From Chrysomallon squamiferum (lineage: Eukaryota; Animalia; Mollusca), in NCBI GenBank assembly GCA_012295275.1, contig CM022677.1, positions 26,226,001 through 26,290,000 of the forward strand: a stretch of 64,000 bases of DNA, written 5' to 3'. Positions 12,961 to 28,630 of the stretch are shown here, piece by piece (the stretch's first letter is position 1; each line of letters begins with the position of its first letter). The notes beneath the pieces are model-generated. The model saw only the letters and a program-made list of their open reading frames with translations, made no database searches and was not told the origin of the DNA. A program made the position numbers and the translations under genes.

Positions 12961-15866
12961 TAAAACTGTTACTTTTATCTTTCTTCTTTTGCTTTATAAT
13001 AGACAAATGCAAGGACAAAAAGATAGAAACTCATAACATGGAGGGCAGTTGCCGTGCCTACTGGTCATGCAAGAATGGTAAATCTGAAGGCCAGTGTTGT
13101 CCACCTGGTTTTGCTTACGTGCACAACAGAGGATGTCAGTTCGACTTCACATGCAAAGATAAATGTCCTTTCATCTGTATGAGCAAAGGTTGGTTCAATT
13201 TATATTATTATTATTGTTGTTGTTGTTATTATTATTATTATAAGTGGGTTATGGGTAGGGGTATTAGTGTGTTTGAGTGTGGAGAGAGAGTTAAATTATT
13301 TTTATAGTAGATGTGCCATTCTAATGTAGGGAATAAAACTTCAGAAATACACTGAAAAGGAAATGTATGGCTAATAGTTTTCATAATTTAAACTCCAGTG
13401 GCAACAGAAGATTTTTTTCATCTATTTTCTCAATCATCTAGTTATTTTTATTCTCCCAACTTTTAACAGCCAAAATCAAACACTGAATAATCATTATTTA
13501 TTTTATTTTCTTCTTTTTTTTCTTTCTTTCTTTCTTTCTTTTATTATTCATTATTTGTTAGTCTTTTTTGCCCTTTTATTTATTTGTTGTTCTATTGATT
13601 TATTTAAATTTAGACGTGTGTGACAAGAGACCAGTGTGGAATAACACAAACAAGTACGAGTCCAGCATGGGAACACTGGGATGGTTTCCATCAACATGTT
13701 TGAGATCAAACCTTTATTACGATATGGTGGGGTGTGAATGTTCAACAGCCAGCTCTACCAGTAAGTTGTTTTATTTACCATTAAAATGTTTACAAAACAA
13801 AAAAAAAAAAAAAAATGAAAGGTAAAAGAGATATCTGTTTTATATTTATTTATTTTTATTATTATATCTGTTACAAAAATTATCTTGAAGTTCCATTAAG
13901 AAAATATATTTAATTGTTAGAAATAGTAATACTATTTAAAAAATAAATTTCAAAAGTTCTGAAGGTTATTTACACTGTGTTTTGTAGAGTTTAGTAATTG
14001 TATTACAAAGTAAATTGTTTAGTCTTCTTTTTATGACATTTATCAAATATGACAATTTATTATGATCTTTTTTTGGTTTATTAGTTAGTTTGTATGTGTT
14101 TGTCTCATAAAAGATAAAAAGCATATAAAAATATTTATTTTCAAATATTTATTTATTTATTTGGTTTTTTTTTTCCTTTTTGTTTAATCAAATCCTTTTT
14201 TGTGCTGTGTGTCTTCTGGTGGGATTTTTTCTTCTTTTTTTTTTGTCTAAGATAATAAAACACCTTTAAAAATTTTTTTAAATTTCAGCTTGCGTGCCTG
14301 ACATGGTCATGGATTTCAGCAGTCCAAATACTCTCACCAATGCTGCAGGAATTACTGTTTCCACAAGCAACGTCCAAATTACAGGCGGTTCTGCCAAGTT
14401 TTCCGGCAACGGAGTCATTCGTACAAACCTCGCTCTGACAGAAGCTGCCCAGACAAAACCAGTGTCTCTGGTGTTCAAGTACAAAGAAACTGCTGTGGTC
14501 ACTTCAAGACAGGTTCTGTTTGCAAGCCCCCAGTGCAAGATGGCGGATTCTTCCTCACTCATTGTGGCTCTTGAAATGGATGCGTTCGTCGTGGAACTGA
14601 GGAACTGGTACGGGTCACGCACTCGGGTGGCTGTTGGAACCGATGTAAGTCTTCACATGTTTTCTTAACTCAGTTTTCTTTCTGTTTTGTTATATTTATT
14701 TATTTTTATGTAAGTCTTCACATGTATTCTTAACTCAGTCTTCTTTCTGTTTTGTTATATTTATATTTTTTTATGTAAGTCTTCACATGTTTTCTTAACT
14801 CAGTTTTCTTTCTGTTTTCTTATATTTATATTTTTTTATGTAAGTCTTCACATGTATTCTTAACTCAGTTTTCTTTCTGTTTTGATATATTTATATATAT
14901 ATTTTTTTAAATTATTTTAGTGTATGTTTCAGGGTTTATTTATTTGTTTGTTTGTTTATTTATTTTTCATTTTTGTGTTTCTTTGTTCGTTCATTTTATT
15001 TTATTTTATTTTTTGGGTTTATTTTTTTATTTAATTTCATTAGGTTGTTTGTTTGTTTGCTTGTTATTTATTTATTTGTTTGTTTGTTTGTTTGTTTAAG
15101 TGTTTTTTCTATTCATTTATCTTTATTTTTAGTTGAATTTTTAATCTCTTTTATCATTTTTTCGATGTTTTTATATTATTTCTTTTTATAAAACATTTTT
15201 GTTTAAATTCTTTTTATTTCTATATCATTTTGCTACTTAAATTTAACTCCTATCACTATGTATTTACCTATTTTAATTCATTTATTTTTATATACTTTAA
15301 ACATCTTTATATGCTGTGTTTTAATCATAATTACTATTAGTTTGTTTATTGTTTTGAGGTAACAGAGTATTTAATTAATTATTATTTTCAGAATTATTAT
15401 TAATTCAATTTCTATTTAATCATACCTCATCCTTTCTAGTTAGGTTTATTTATTCTTATTAATAAGCTTTTTCATTTTGTTCTTTTTCTTGTTGTTTTGG
15501 TGTGTGTGTGTCTTTTTTATGATTATAATTTCAGTTTCTAAATACTTTTTTTTTTTCCAGGGCTTCCCTGTAACAAGCTGGAAGAAAGTAGAGTTTGTGT
15601 ATGATGGAAAATATCTCACTGTCACTGTTCAGGCTGGAAGCAGAAAATATGCAGAAAGAGAATATGGTAATATATGTATTGTTGTTTAAGTGTTTGTGTG
15701 TCTAGAGGTATGTGTTTGTGTTTGTAGAATGTAAAACAGCATATAATGTATTTCATAATATCTGTACTGTTAATTCTTGTTTAAATAAAGTTATATCTGA
15801 TAATGTAAAAAACAAAAATTACAAAACGAAATTCATAAGAAAATGATTCAAGATAAATGCCAGGAA

Positions 15867-15910
<44 letters not shown>

Positions 15911-16668
15911 CTGTGTGTGTGCTGTACAAATTAATTATCACAATTAACATTTCATTCTGCTCATTTTATTTTAATATAAATATTAAAGTATTCTTTGCAA
16001 CTTCAGATATATATATATTCAAATAATATTAAATTATCAGATTAAAAGAAAAAAGGTCAGTTAATGATAATATTTATAAAAATAATTTTTTCAGCTCCAA
16101 ATATAGGATTAATTCAGTGTGGTCTGGATATTGGAACTGATGGAAATGATGGCTATAAAGGAGAACTGGATAATGTAAGTTGATGCTGCACATTGAACAA
16201 ACCTATAGTGATACCTCATTTAATGACAAACATTATCAACTCAAATATTAGCACCTACAAAATGAATTGCTTTATAACAAGAGACAGAAATATTAATTAA
16301 TATAAGCATTGGTTCATGAACGGTAGGTTTGAATGAAACAATTAGAAAAGAATTAATGACACATAATATAACTGACAAACAGGTCATACAATACTGAAAT
16401 GGGTTTTAATTCTACCAGATACTCTGTAAAGTAAGTGGTTTAACAAAAACCAAACTAAAATGATGTAACAGATTACAAGTAATTAATATTCTTTGTTAAT
16501 AAGAGGTGTTAATATTTCTAAGCTAACATAAGTGCAGTCATGTTAAATAATAATAACTGGATTGCATCATTATATGGGCCTTTGCTTTATCACTTTCATT
16601 CATAAACTGAATTAACTATGTTAATTTATTTACAACAGTGTGTGTGAGTGTGTGTGAGTCTGTGTGAG

Positions 16669-16718
<50 letters not shown>

Positions 16719-16810
16719 ACAGGAAACTGAGGCTTGAATTAATTTATATTTTTGTTTTATTTTTACAGGTTCAAGTTTTCCGCTGTGACCCAACCAAACC
16801 TGTTTTATAA
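422..16810 (+). CDS. Gene A (5'-incomplete, 19 exons): giant secreted TSP1/VWA/chitin-binding/LamG3 matrix protein, Pif/BMSP-like C-terminus
   Basis: Exons joined by hand via AG/GT(GC) sites keep one open frame: 422-604, 764-946, 1330-1497, 2048-2374, 2841-3089, 3380-3391, 3717-4033, 4555-4777, 4916-5107, 5640-11006, 11269-11466, 11995-12009, 12434-12631, 13003-13188, 13614-13760, 14289-14644, 15561-15666, 16095-16174, 16769-16810 (TAA). Confidence 0.88.
764..946 (+). CDS. Gene A exon: TSP1 domain
   Basis: 183 nt, phase 1-1, DGGWSAW motif, gtaagt donor. Confidence 0.9.
1330..1497 (+). CDS. Gene A exon: short TSP1 domain
   Basis: cag|GACAAGCT...AAAC|gtaaga; WSAW..CSKQC..RTRTC; 168 nt, phase 1-1. 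Confidence 0.88.
2048..3089 (+). CDS. Gene A exons 2048-2374 and 2841-3089: divergent VWA domain
   Basis: [14 protein letters not shown] start is typical of VWA strand 1; alternating beta/alpha pattern; ends in CPK; MIDAS degenerate. Confidence 0.75.
3380..3391 (+). CDS. Gene A 12-nt microexon (GVSA linker)
   Basis: tttttcag|GTGTTTCAGCAG|gtaaga; frame-preserving; position conserved in the paralogous modules. Confidence 0.75.
3717..4777 (+). CDS. Gene A exons 3717-4033 and 4555-4777: VWA domain with intact MIDAS
   Basis: [11 protein letters not shown]...GATWT...IIITDG; second exon ends at GC donor CAG|gcaagt. Confidence 0.92.
4916..5107 (+). CDS. Gene A exon: TSP1 domain (absent from ORF track)
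   Basis: [30 protein letters not shown]; 192 nt, phase 1-1. Confidence 0.9.
5640..11006 (+). CDS. Gene A giant exon: 29 tandem TSP1 repeats (1789 codons)
   Basis: cgtag|CCTGGGGTTCATGG ... TGTCCAG|gtaaga; repeated WxxW-CSxTCG-RxRxCxND-CGxxSPQ-C-CP. Confidence 0.93.
11269..11466 (+). CDS. Gene A exon: TSP1 domain
   Basis: [30 protein letters not shown]; phase 1-1. Confidence 0.9.
11995..12009 (+). CDS. Gene A 15-nt microexon (PRAAQ linker)
   Basis: ttttcttcacag|CTCGTGCAGCACAAG|gtaagc; GC-rich island in an AT-rich intron; phase 1-1. Confidence 0.75.
12434..13760 (+). CDS. Gene A exons 12434-12631, 13003-13188, 13614-13760: chitin-binding type 2 (CBM14) and CBM14-like modules
   Basis: [29 protein letters not shown] is classic CBM14; [16 protein letters not shown] is the second Pif-type module; the third is degenerate. 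Confidence 0.85.
14289..16810 (+). CDS. Gene A terminal exons (14289-14644, 15561-15666, 16095-16174, 16769-16810): LamG3/ConA-like domain
   Basis: AKFSGNG...[10 protein letters not shown]...LDIG...[13 protein letters not shown]-stop matches the LamG3 ending of Pif/BMSP-like proteins. Confidence 0.82.
14645..14900 (+). repeat. ~65-bp tandem repeat x4 starting at a splice donor
   Basis: gtaagtcttcacatgt(t/a)ttcttaactcagt.. at 14645, 14710, 14775, 14840. Confidence 0.9.
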
Positions 16811-18297
16811 AACAAGAACATTATTAACTGACAATTATCAACTGATCTGCTGGTGAAATAATCAGCCGAAACTGAAAAAGATTTTGCTTATTTATTTAAG
16901 AACATTAAGAACATTTTCTTATAATAGTTACGCAAAGAATTGTTATTAATAAGATCAGCAAATTAATACAGAACTCTCTAAAATAATTATTTATCAAGGC
17001 AAAATTATAAATTAGTAATATGTTCAAAGTCAACTATTGTCTTGTTAGAAATAATAATTAGAAAACAAATGGTATAAAATTCAGTGTCACCCATTGAGTT
17101 CTTTAACAAATAATAACAATAATTAGAAAGCAATGTTTTTTTTAATAATGCGGTACAGCTTATAGTTAATAAATATTCGTTAATTATAGTGTAAATCATT
17201 AAATGTTAGTTTAATTACATATAAGTATTTCAGAATACTCCAAATATATATATATATATAATTAGATCTCTTGACCAAGGTTTCGAGTGCTCAAAATGTT
17301 TCTCATATATATATATATAAATTTGTTAGATTATATTTTTGTATGTTGTCCTTTCATTACAGTTTTTGATATTTTCTACTTTTGTATAGAAGTAACATCT
17401 TTTTGTTAGATGAAATTGTAGAGTAATCATAGAAAAATGTTTTTTATTTTTTATTTTTTTGAATTCTCTTATATATATTACCATTTGATTATTATTATTA
17501 TTATTTTAATAGTTGTATATATTGTTATGTCGAATACTTCTAAGAAATGTGTTGAGTGTTTTGTATGTTCATTGATATGGCATCATAATTGGCTGGAACA
17601 GAAACAAAATTTTCAAACTTGTATTATTTCAATGTCACAATTTCATATAAATTATTATTTTTATTTTTTATCTTTAATGATGAGTTACAAAAAACAAATA
17701 TTTTACTTTGAACATCAGTATTTGCAGATAAAATAATTTCAAAACAGAACAAACACACACACACATATATAGATATATATAAAATCACATACTTTCATTA
17801 GATTTAGTCTGTTCTAGATAAAACACATAAATTGAATTCTACATAATATTTTGGTTAAAGTAGTTACAAATAAATAAATGTATATACACAATATCTTTTA
17901 TTGAAAAGAATAATACATTTTGATACTATTGAATTATGAAATGAATGAAAAACAAATTGTATTTCTTCTTAATTATCACAAACTGTTGATGATAACTGTT
18001 TAAATATTTAAAACATTTTATATTTTTTTTACTTATAATTTTTATTTTTTATTTTGTTTATTTTTGAATATTATTGATCTATTAAAAAATCATTTTCTTT
18101 TAACAAATGTTATTTTTTATTTTCAAAGTAGTATCTTTTTAGTTTCTTTCTACTGGTACTAAAAAGTATATAAACACTTTAATAATCTTGATGTACTAAT
18201 TTATATGCAATAATGACTATTACAAAATTCTCTTTTATAATGTGCTTATATAATTACCATTTTATATTTATATACATATATTAAAATGTAACTTTTT

Positions 18298-18303
18298 AAT
18301 AAA
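18298..18303 (+). promoter_or_regulatory. Candidate polyadenylation signal of gene A
   Basis: AATAAA followed by T/GT-rich downstream sequence; another AATAAA lies at 17869; motif is weak in AT-rich DNA. Confidence 0.35.
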
Positions 18304-19004
18304 AATCTATTTTGGAAACTTATTCTTGCTTCTTTTATTGTTTGTATATGTAAGACCTCAATAGTTCAAAATCAGTTTATAGTAATTATGACTCCAGTTT
18401 AGAATTAGTAATATGATTAAATTATTTCCTTTATATAGGAAGGTTGTTGTGAAAGATCTAATGCTGTTATGGAAGTTTTGAAATTATTCAGGATTATGCT
18501 CTTTTTAAATGTGTGTGTGTGTGTGTGTGTTGCAAATGTGTTTAATATTAAAGATATTGTCTATATATATAATCAATGTAAAAAGATATTCTAATGAAAA
18601 TGGATTGAAGAAAATCAGTTCCATCACTAACTGAAGTATTAATTTGTATCAACAAAATATATTTTACATAACAGCTCCCACAGGGAAAACCAGATATTGA
18701 TCCAGTAATGGCAATAGCAGTATAATACTAGGAGTGGTACGTATGTGTTGTATGTCTGAGTACATACATTGTGTCTACTTGTGTGTATGTCACTGCATGT
18801 ACCTTTGTATGTGTTGTATCTTATGTATGTGTGTGTGTATGTGTTGTATCTGTTTTGTGCCTGTCTATGAAGGTTGTGTATCCATGTACATGTATATCTG
18901 TATGTGTAGTTATTGTAGTATCTCTGTATGTATATCTGTAAATGTGTGGTGTCTGTGCATGCAGTGGGTCTGCATGTGTTGTGTAACTGTGAATGTTTTC
19001 TGTC

Positions 19005-19515
19005 TGTGTTGTATTTGATCATGTGTCGTGTTTTTGTATGCTGTACTTGACCATGTGTTTCTGCGTGTGTTGTATTTGATCATGCGTCATGTGTTTGTGT
19101 ATGTGTTGTACTTGATCATGTGTCATGTGTTTCTGCATGTGTTGTACTTGATCATGTGTTATGTGTTTCTGTGCCTCTTTTATATTTGATCATGTGCCAT
19201 GTGTTTGTGTATGTGTTGTACTTGATCATGTGTCATGTGTTTCTGAGTGTGTTGTATTTGATCATGTGTCATGTGTTTGTGTATGTGTTGTACTTGATCA
19301 TGTGTCATGTGTTTCTGAGTGTGTTGTATTTGATCATGTGTCATGTGTTTGTGTATGTGTTGTACTTGATCATGTGTCATCTGTTTCTGCATGTGTTGTA
19401 TTTGATTGTTTCATGTGTTTGTCTATGTGTTGTATTTGATCATGTGTCATCTGTTTCTGCATGTGTTGTATTTGATCATGTGTCATGTGTTTCTGCGTGT
19501 GTTGTACTTGACAAT
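19005..19515. repeat. 36-bp minisatellite (tgtgttgtacttgatcatgtgtcatgtgtttgtgta)
   Basis: Visible tandem units; 12-aa periodicity in the spurious ORFs. Confidence 0.92.
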
Positions 19516-20129
19516 GTGTCTTTTTATGCAAACTAGTTTCTATTGTTCAGCTTGGTGTAGAAGGCAATGACATTTTCCTGCGAGACAGAAAATAATTTTT
19601 TTTTTTTTTTTTAAGTAAGACTTATTTTCTGAATAGAGGTTTGGCAACTTTAATTATTATTATCTGCAGCCATTTCTAGATTTATAGGCAAAGATTTATA
19701 TTAGCAGTCATGGTAGAAATAGTGATAGTAATAGTAGTAGTTCTAATAACAGTAGCGAACGTTCTTAATATTACTCATTAAAGTACTACTGGTAATAGTA
19801 AAACAGCTAAGTATAGTGTTTACTAGCAGAAGTATTAATATTAATGTACAGTAATATTTGAGGTGCCATTAGTAATACTGTCCTATGTAAAGGTAACTGA
19901 AGTAGCAGTAGCAGTAATAACAGCAGTAATAAAATAATAGTAAGGGTGGTAAGAGTAGTAGTAATAGTAGTAGCAGCAGTAGTAATAGTAGTGACAGCAG
20001 GTATAATAGTTAGTACTAGTAATAGTAATAGTGACTACAGTAATCATAACAGCTGAAGTACCAACAGTGGATTACTAGTAGTAACAGTGTAGTATTGGTG
20101 AAGTAACAGTGCCAGATTAGTTGTAATGG

Positions 20130-21310
20130 CAGTAGTATCAATCAAGTAGGAATGGCAGATTAGTAGAATAGCATTTGTATCTCTCAAGTAATAGTGGCAG
20201 ATTAGTAATAATATCAGTAGTATCTCTCAAGTAATAGTGACAGATTAGTAGTAGTATCAGTAGTATCTCTCAAGTAATAGTGGCAGATTAGTAGTAATAT
20301 CAGTAGTATCTCTCAAGTAATAGTGACAGATTAGTAGAATAGCATTTGTATCTCTGAAGTAATAGTGGCAGATTAGTAGTAATATCAGTGGTATCTCTCA
20401 AGTAATAGTGACAGATTAGTAATAATATCAGTGGTATCTCTCAAGTAATAGTGACAGATTAGTAGTAATATCAGTAGTATCTCTCAAGTAATAGTGACAG
20501 ATTAGTAGTAATAGCAGTAGTATATCTCAAGTAATAGTGACAGATTAGTAGTAGTATCAGTAGTATCTCCCTAGTAATAGTGGCAGATTAGTAGTAATAG
20601 CAGTAGTATCTCTCAAGTAATAGTGACAGATTAGTAGTAATATCAGTGGTATCTCTCAAGTAATAGTGACAGATTAGTAATAATATCAGTAGTATCTCTC
20701 TAGTAATAGTGACAGATTAGTAGTAATAGCAGTAGTATCTCTCAAATAATAGTGACAGATTAGTAGTAGTATCAGTAGTATCTCTCAGGTAATAGTGACA
20801 GATTGGTAGTAATATCAGTAGTATCTCTCAAGTAATAGTGACAGATTAGTAGTAATATCAGTAGTATCTCTCAAGTAATAGTGACAGATTAGTAGTAATA
20901 TCAGTAGTATCTCTCAAGTAATAGTGACAGATTAGTAGTAATATCAGTAGTATCTCTCAAGTAATAGTGACAGATTAGTAGTAATATCAGTAGTATCTCT
21001 CAAGTAATAGTGGCAGATTAGTAGTAATATCAGTAGTATCTCTCAAGTAATAGTGACAGATTAGTGGTTATATCAGTAAAAATTGACAGATTAGTGGTTA
21101 TATCAGTAGTATCTCTCAAGTAATAGTGACAGATTAGTAGTAATATCAGTAGTATCTCTCAAGAAATAGTGACAGATTAGTGGTTATATCAGTAGTATCT
21201 CTCAAGTAATAGTGACAGATTAGTGGTAGTATCAGTAGTATCTCTCAAGTAATAGTGACAGATTAGTAGTAGTATCAGTGGTATCTGTCAAGTAATAGTG
21301 ACAGATTAGT
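20130..21310. repeat. 43-bp minisatellite (tatctctcaagtaatagtgacagattagtagtaatatcagtag)
   Basis: Unit starts at 20221 and 20264; about 27 copies. Confidence 0.95.
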
Positions 21311-21426
21311 GAAAAATTACTCATCCAGCTGAAGACTCTCAGAGTAAAATATGCAGGTTAATAAAAAAAATTATAATTAAAATCATTTCTCTATTACCTA
21401 CCTACAGATATGTACACAATGAACAA

Positions 21427-21490
<64 letters not shown>

Positions 21491-21690
21491 CAACAATAGT
21501 AATAATAATAATATAATTATTGTTAATATATATATATTTGTGTGTGTGTGTGTGTGTGTGTGTTTTATGGGTTGGCTCAGGTTTTAGCATTTCTAATACT
21601 TTGATCTTCATTTGAAATTACTTTCTATGCGAACTTTTCTTCTATTCTTTATTCAAAATTATTGTTAAGTTGATAAGAATTTATATTATT

Positions 21691-21752
21691 CGTTTGTACG
21701 TTTGGGGCCCATGGTCATCATTCACTGCAGTTGGCGCATGCTCAGCAACAAG
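21691..21752 (+). pseudogene. Relic of a giant-exon-type TSP1 start (VWGPWSSFTAVGACSAT)
   Basis: Resembles [17 protein letters not shown] at 5640; no AG acceptor; cut off by (GT)n. Confidence 0.6.
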
Positions 21753-21790
21753 AGTCTCTTCCGTGTGTGTGTGTGTGTCTGTGTGTGTGT

Positions 21791-21846
<56 letters not shown>

Positions 21847-22059
21847 TTGTTGTTTCTGCGTCTTGATGGCAAGTTATTATTTCGTCACAAAATACAAAAT
21901 TAATATTTTTAGACAAAACTATTTTCACATCGACACATTACATGTACATCTCTGTTCATCGTGTACCCGACTCTTGAATTCATTTGTATTCATAGTGTAT
22001 CTTACACATCTATAAATGACCTGTTGTACCAATGTGATTGACTTGTCCACTACCTGACT

Positions 22060-23440
22060 CTATACGTCTATCATTGATCTGTTGTCTATCTGACTTGTAC
22101 ACGTCTATCATTGACCTGTTCATTATGTATCTGACATTTACACGTCTATCATTGACCTGTTCATTATCTATCTGACTTTTACACGTCTATCATTGACCTG
22201 TTCATTATCTATCTGACATTTACACGTCTATCATTGACCTGTTCATTATCTATCTGACTTTTACACGTCTATCATTGACCTGTTCATTGTCTATCTGACA
22301 TTTACACGTCTATCATTGACCTGTTCATTATCTATCTGACATTTACACGTCTATCATTGACCTGTTCATTATCTATCTGACATTTACACGTCTATCATTG
22401 ACCTGTTCATTGTCTATCTGACTTTTACACGTCTATCATTGACCTGTTCATTATCTATCTGACTTTTACACGTCTATCATTGACCTGTTCATTATCTATC
22501 TGACATTTACACGTCTATCATTGACCTGTTCATTATCTATCTGACTTTTACACGTCTATCATTGACCTGTTCATTGTCTATCTGACATTTACACGTCTAT
22601 CATTGACCTGTTCATTATCTATCTGACATTTACACGTCTATCATTGACCTGTTCATTATCTATCTGACATTTACACGTCTATCATTGACCTGTTCATTGT
22701 CTATCTGACATTTACACGTCTATCATTGACCTGTTCATTGTCTATCTGACATTTACACGTCTATCATTGACCTGTTCATTGTCTATCTGACTTTTACACG
22801 TCTATCATTGACCTGTTCATTATCTATCTGACTTTTACACGTCTATCATTGACCTGTTCATTATCTATCTGACATTTACACGTCTATCATTGACCTGTTC
22901 ATTATCTATCTGACTTTTACACGTCTATCATTGACCTGTTCATTGTCTATCTGACATTTACACGTCTATCATTGACCTGTTCATTATCTATCTGACTTTT
23001 ACACGTCTATCATTGACCTGTTCATTATCTATCTGACTTTTACACGTCTATCATTGACCTGTTCATTATCTATCTGACTTTTACACGTCTATCATTGACC
23101 TGTTCATTATCTATCTGACATTTACATGTCTATCATTGACCTGTTCATTGTCTATCTGACTTTTACACGTCTATCATTGACCTGTTCATTATCTATCTGA
23201 CTCTTACACATCTAGCATTGACTTGTCCATTATCTATCTGACTTTTACACGTCTATCATTGACCTGTTCATTATCTATCTGACTTTTACACGTCTATCAT
23301 TGACCTGTTCAATATCTATCTGACTTGTACACGTCTCTCATTGACCTGTTCATTGTCTATCTAACTTTTGCACGTTTATCATTGACCTGTTCATTATCTT
23401 TCTGACATTTACACGTCTATCATTGACCTGTTCGTTATCT
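22060..23440. repeat. 41-bp minisatellite (acacgtctatcattgacctgttcattatctatctgacattt)
   Basis: Unit starts at 22141 and 22182; about 33 homogeneous copies with no spacers. Confidence 0.95.
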
Positions 23441-23760
23441 GTCAGTTGTGTATAAATACCTTTACAGGCTTCACCAATGTTAATTTCGGACTATCTCTCT
23501 GTTTATCTCTCTTGTTTCTGGCTGTCAAGCTGTTGTATATATGTAACTGCAGCTATAACTAACATTATCAGTGTGCTGGCAACAAACTGTTTTTAAAAAA
23601 CATCTCACAAAACAGGTTTCGGAAGCCTTTGTCAGACCTTTTGTCGTTTTTGTGCACTGAGTCTGAATCATCAGCGAGAAAATATTGTTTACACACACAC
23701 ACACACACAAACACGCACACACAGAGAAGTAGATATAGAGAAAGAGCGAAATACAGTTTT

Positions 23761-23850
<90 letters not shown>

Positions 23851-24817
23851 GTGTACTAGTTTATAGGTTATTCATGCGAGAAGGGAGCGGTCTTTAGAGC
23901 AGTTCTATTTTAAAAATGATAGGTTATGAATACAACTTGCGCAACCGGTACATTTACCCGAACAATTCACCTTAGGCCATCCTTCTGAAGGTAGGTATCC
24001 ATAATTTTACTATATTATTCGCAGAAAACATAAAGAGGTTATTTATTTATTTATTTTTAAATCTTTATTCTTTTCATAGTTATATTCATTCTAGACAGTA
24101 TTATGTATAATATTAGTTGTCCACTATATGTACATAATACTGTGCGTGCCATACTAATGGAAGTACCGTTTCGTATTGAAATTATTTACACAACAATTTG
24201 GCCAATTCTAAATAATTCTAAATAATAACAGAATCAACAAAATAACACAGTAAGCTGTATGTTTATCTAACACCTGCACAGTGAGTTATGAACATATTTC
24301 CAGCAACACTAAATGCAGCACTATCGTTTTTTAAAACACTCTGAAATTAAAGAGGACATCGTCTACATAATCTAACTTTTGTTTATCGTGTATAGTTTTA
24401 TAAGTAATTTTATCTTGTGTCAAGATAATCAAATCAAACAAAAGTTGCTAAAACGGCGTACGTAGTAGCACAAGAACTAACGTCAGACTTTCGTCATTGC
24501 GAAATCTCTGTCGTCGTGAACGTGAAAAAAAAATCAACGTGATAAAAATCACTGTTGTGAATCACGTCTGCGTCAGTCACGCTTTCTGATAGGTCAGCGG
24601 GCGTGTCCGTCGCAGAAAAGAGTTTTGGGTAGGGTAAGAGAGTGGGTTCTCGTTACGATTGCAGAACACAAGGGATCGTAATGAGTCTTTATCTCTGTGA
24701 TCTGGTACCTTTCGTTTGTGAAAATTATTGCATTGATTATTACATATTTTATTACTTATTGCTGGCAGATCGGGTTGTAAATTATCTGTTTTTAACTGAT
24801 TGACTACGTTTGCAGGT

Positions 24818-27320
<2,503 letters not shown>

Positions 27321-27393
27321 GACAAAATAAAAAATTTTTTTGAATATGTAAGCTGTTCATAGCGTTAATTCTAGACATGTTATTATGTTATTA

Positions 27394-27591
27394 TTTAGTA
27401 TTTGAAGCAAATTAAAGTGCTAATAATGTCAAGTAGGTAACGGTATTGACCTCAGTATGGCACGCACAGTGTTATGTGCATTACTTGTCCAGAACATGTA
27501 CATAATACTGTGCGTGCCATACTGATGTAAATACCCTTACGTACTTGACATTAGTTGCACATTAATTTGGCGTGTTTGGTTCAAATACTAA
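27394..27591. repeat. Imperfect inverted repeat/hairpin (~85-95-bp arms, 14-nt loop)
   Basis: tcagtatggcacgcacagtgttatgtgcat (27452-27481) pairs with atgtacataatactgtgcgtgccatactga (27496-27525); pairing continues outward. Confidence 0.85.
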
Positions 27592-28004
27592 ACAATCAAA
27601 ATTCACATACCATAAGCTATACATTTATCTAAAACCTCTTCAGTGATAAACCATATTTCCAACATCACTAAATAAATATTACAGTTTCTTTTAAAATACA
27701 CTGAATTTAAAGACGACAACATCTACATAACCTAACTCCCTGTAATTTTACAAATGTCAGTATAATAAATAAAAGCTGTTAAAACGGCGTACCTAACCCA
27801 AATACTAACGACAAACTCTCCTTATTCGTCAGTGTCCGTCCATCTGGTGTCTTTTTGTCTTATAGAAACCAAACCAAATCTGTTACGTAAACATCGGAAT
27901 GGAGATAATTTTACAGTTTAATGATTGATTAATTCCTTTCTTGTTTAACTGGAATATAGAAAGTGTGCCAGAGAATTAACCCAGTTTCTTCTTTTTTCAG
28001 AAAA

Positions 28005-28074
28005 ATGGAGTCAGTTAGTGAGGTCATCACCGCTCTTATAACCTTTCTGGTGTTAGTGCAAACAGTGTCTGCAG
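28005..28074 (+). CDS. Gene B first coding exon: signal peptide [23 protein letters not shown]
   Basis: Acceptor at 28000, AAAATGG Kozak context, hydrophobic core ending VSA, GCAG|gtatgt. Confidence 0.82.
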
Positions 28075-28126
28075 GTATGTGCAATACAACAAGGGATATA
28101 TCTGTTGACGAATCCAGGTAATAATG

Positions 28127-28181
<55 letters not shown>

Positions 28182-28352
28182 AAAGAAACAGTTTAAAGAA
28201 ACATCTAAAAAAAAAAAAAAAGTTTTAGAAACACAGTTTGTGACATACCCGTCCTTTATGTGATACCGACGGAGCAGAACTTGAAAGGCAAACTGTCGTT
28301 TTTGTGCACTGAGTCTGAATCATCAGTGAGAAAACATTTATATATACCACTC

Positions 28353-28391
<39 letters not shown>

Positions 28392-28426
28392 TATAGATTA
28401 AGAGATAGAAAGAGAGCGAAATGCAT

Positions 28427-28524
<98 letters not shown>

Positions 28525-28594
28525 ATTATATGCATATTATTACATGGATTCATGAACAGATATATCTTTTGTTTCAACTGATCACAAAAGCAAT

Positions 28595-28630
<36 letters not shown>

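Noticed and set aside
20130-23440. 43-bp and 41-bp arrays as CRISPR arrays
   Set aside because: Head-to-tail units with no unique spacers, no cas genes, eukaryotic context.
24480-24720. Promoter or non-coding first exon of gene B (CpG-rich, gg|gtaaga at 24633; TATAAATA at 23451 and 26627)
   Set aside because: An upstream UTR exon is implied by the acceptor at 28000, but these motifs lie in or near duplicated repeats and cannot be assigned from sequence alone.
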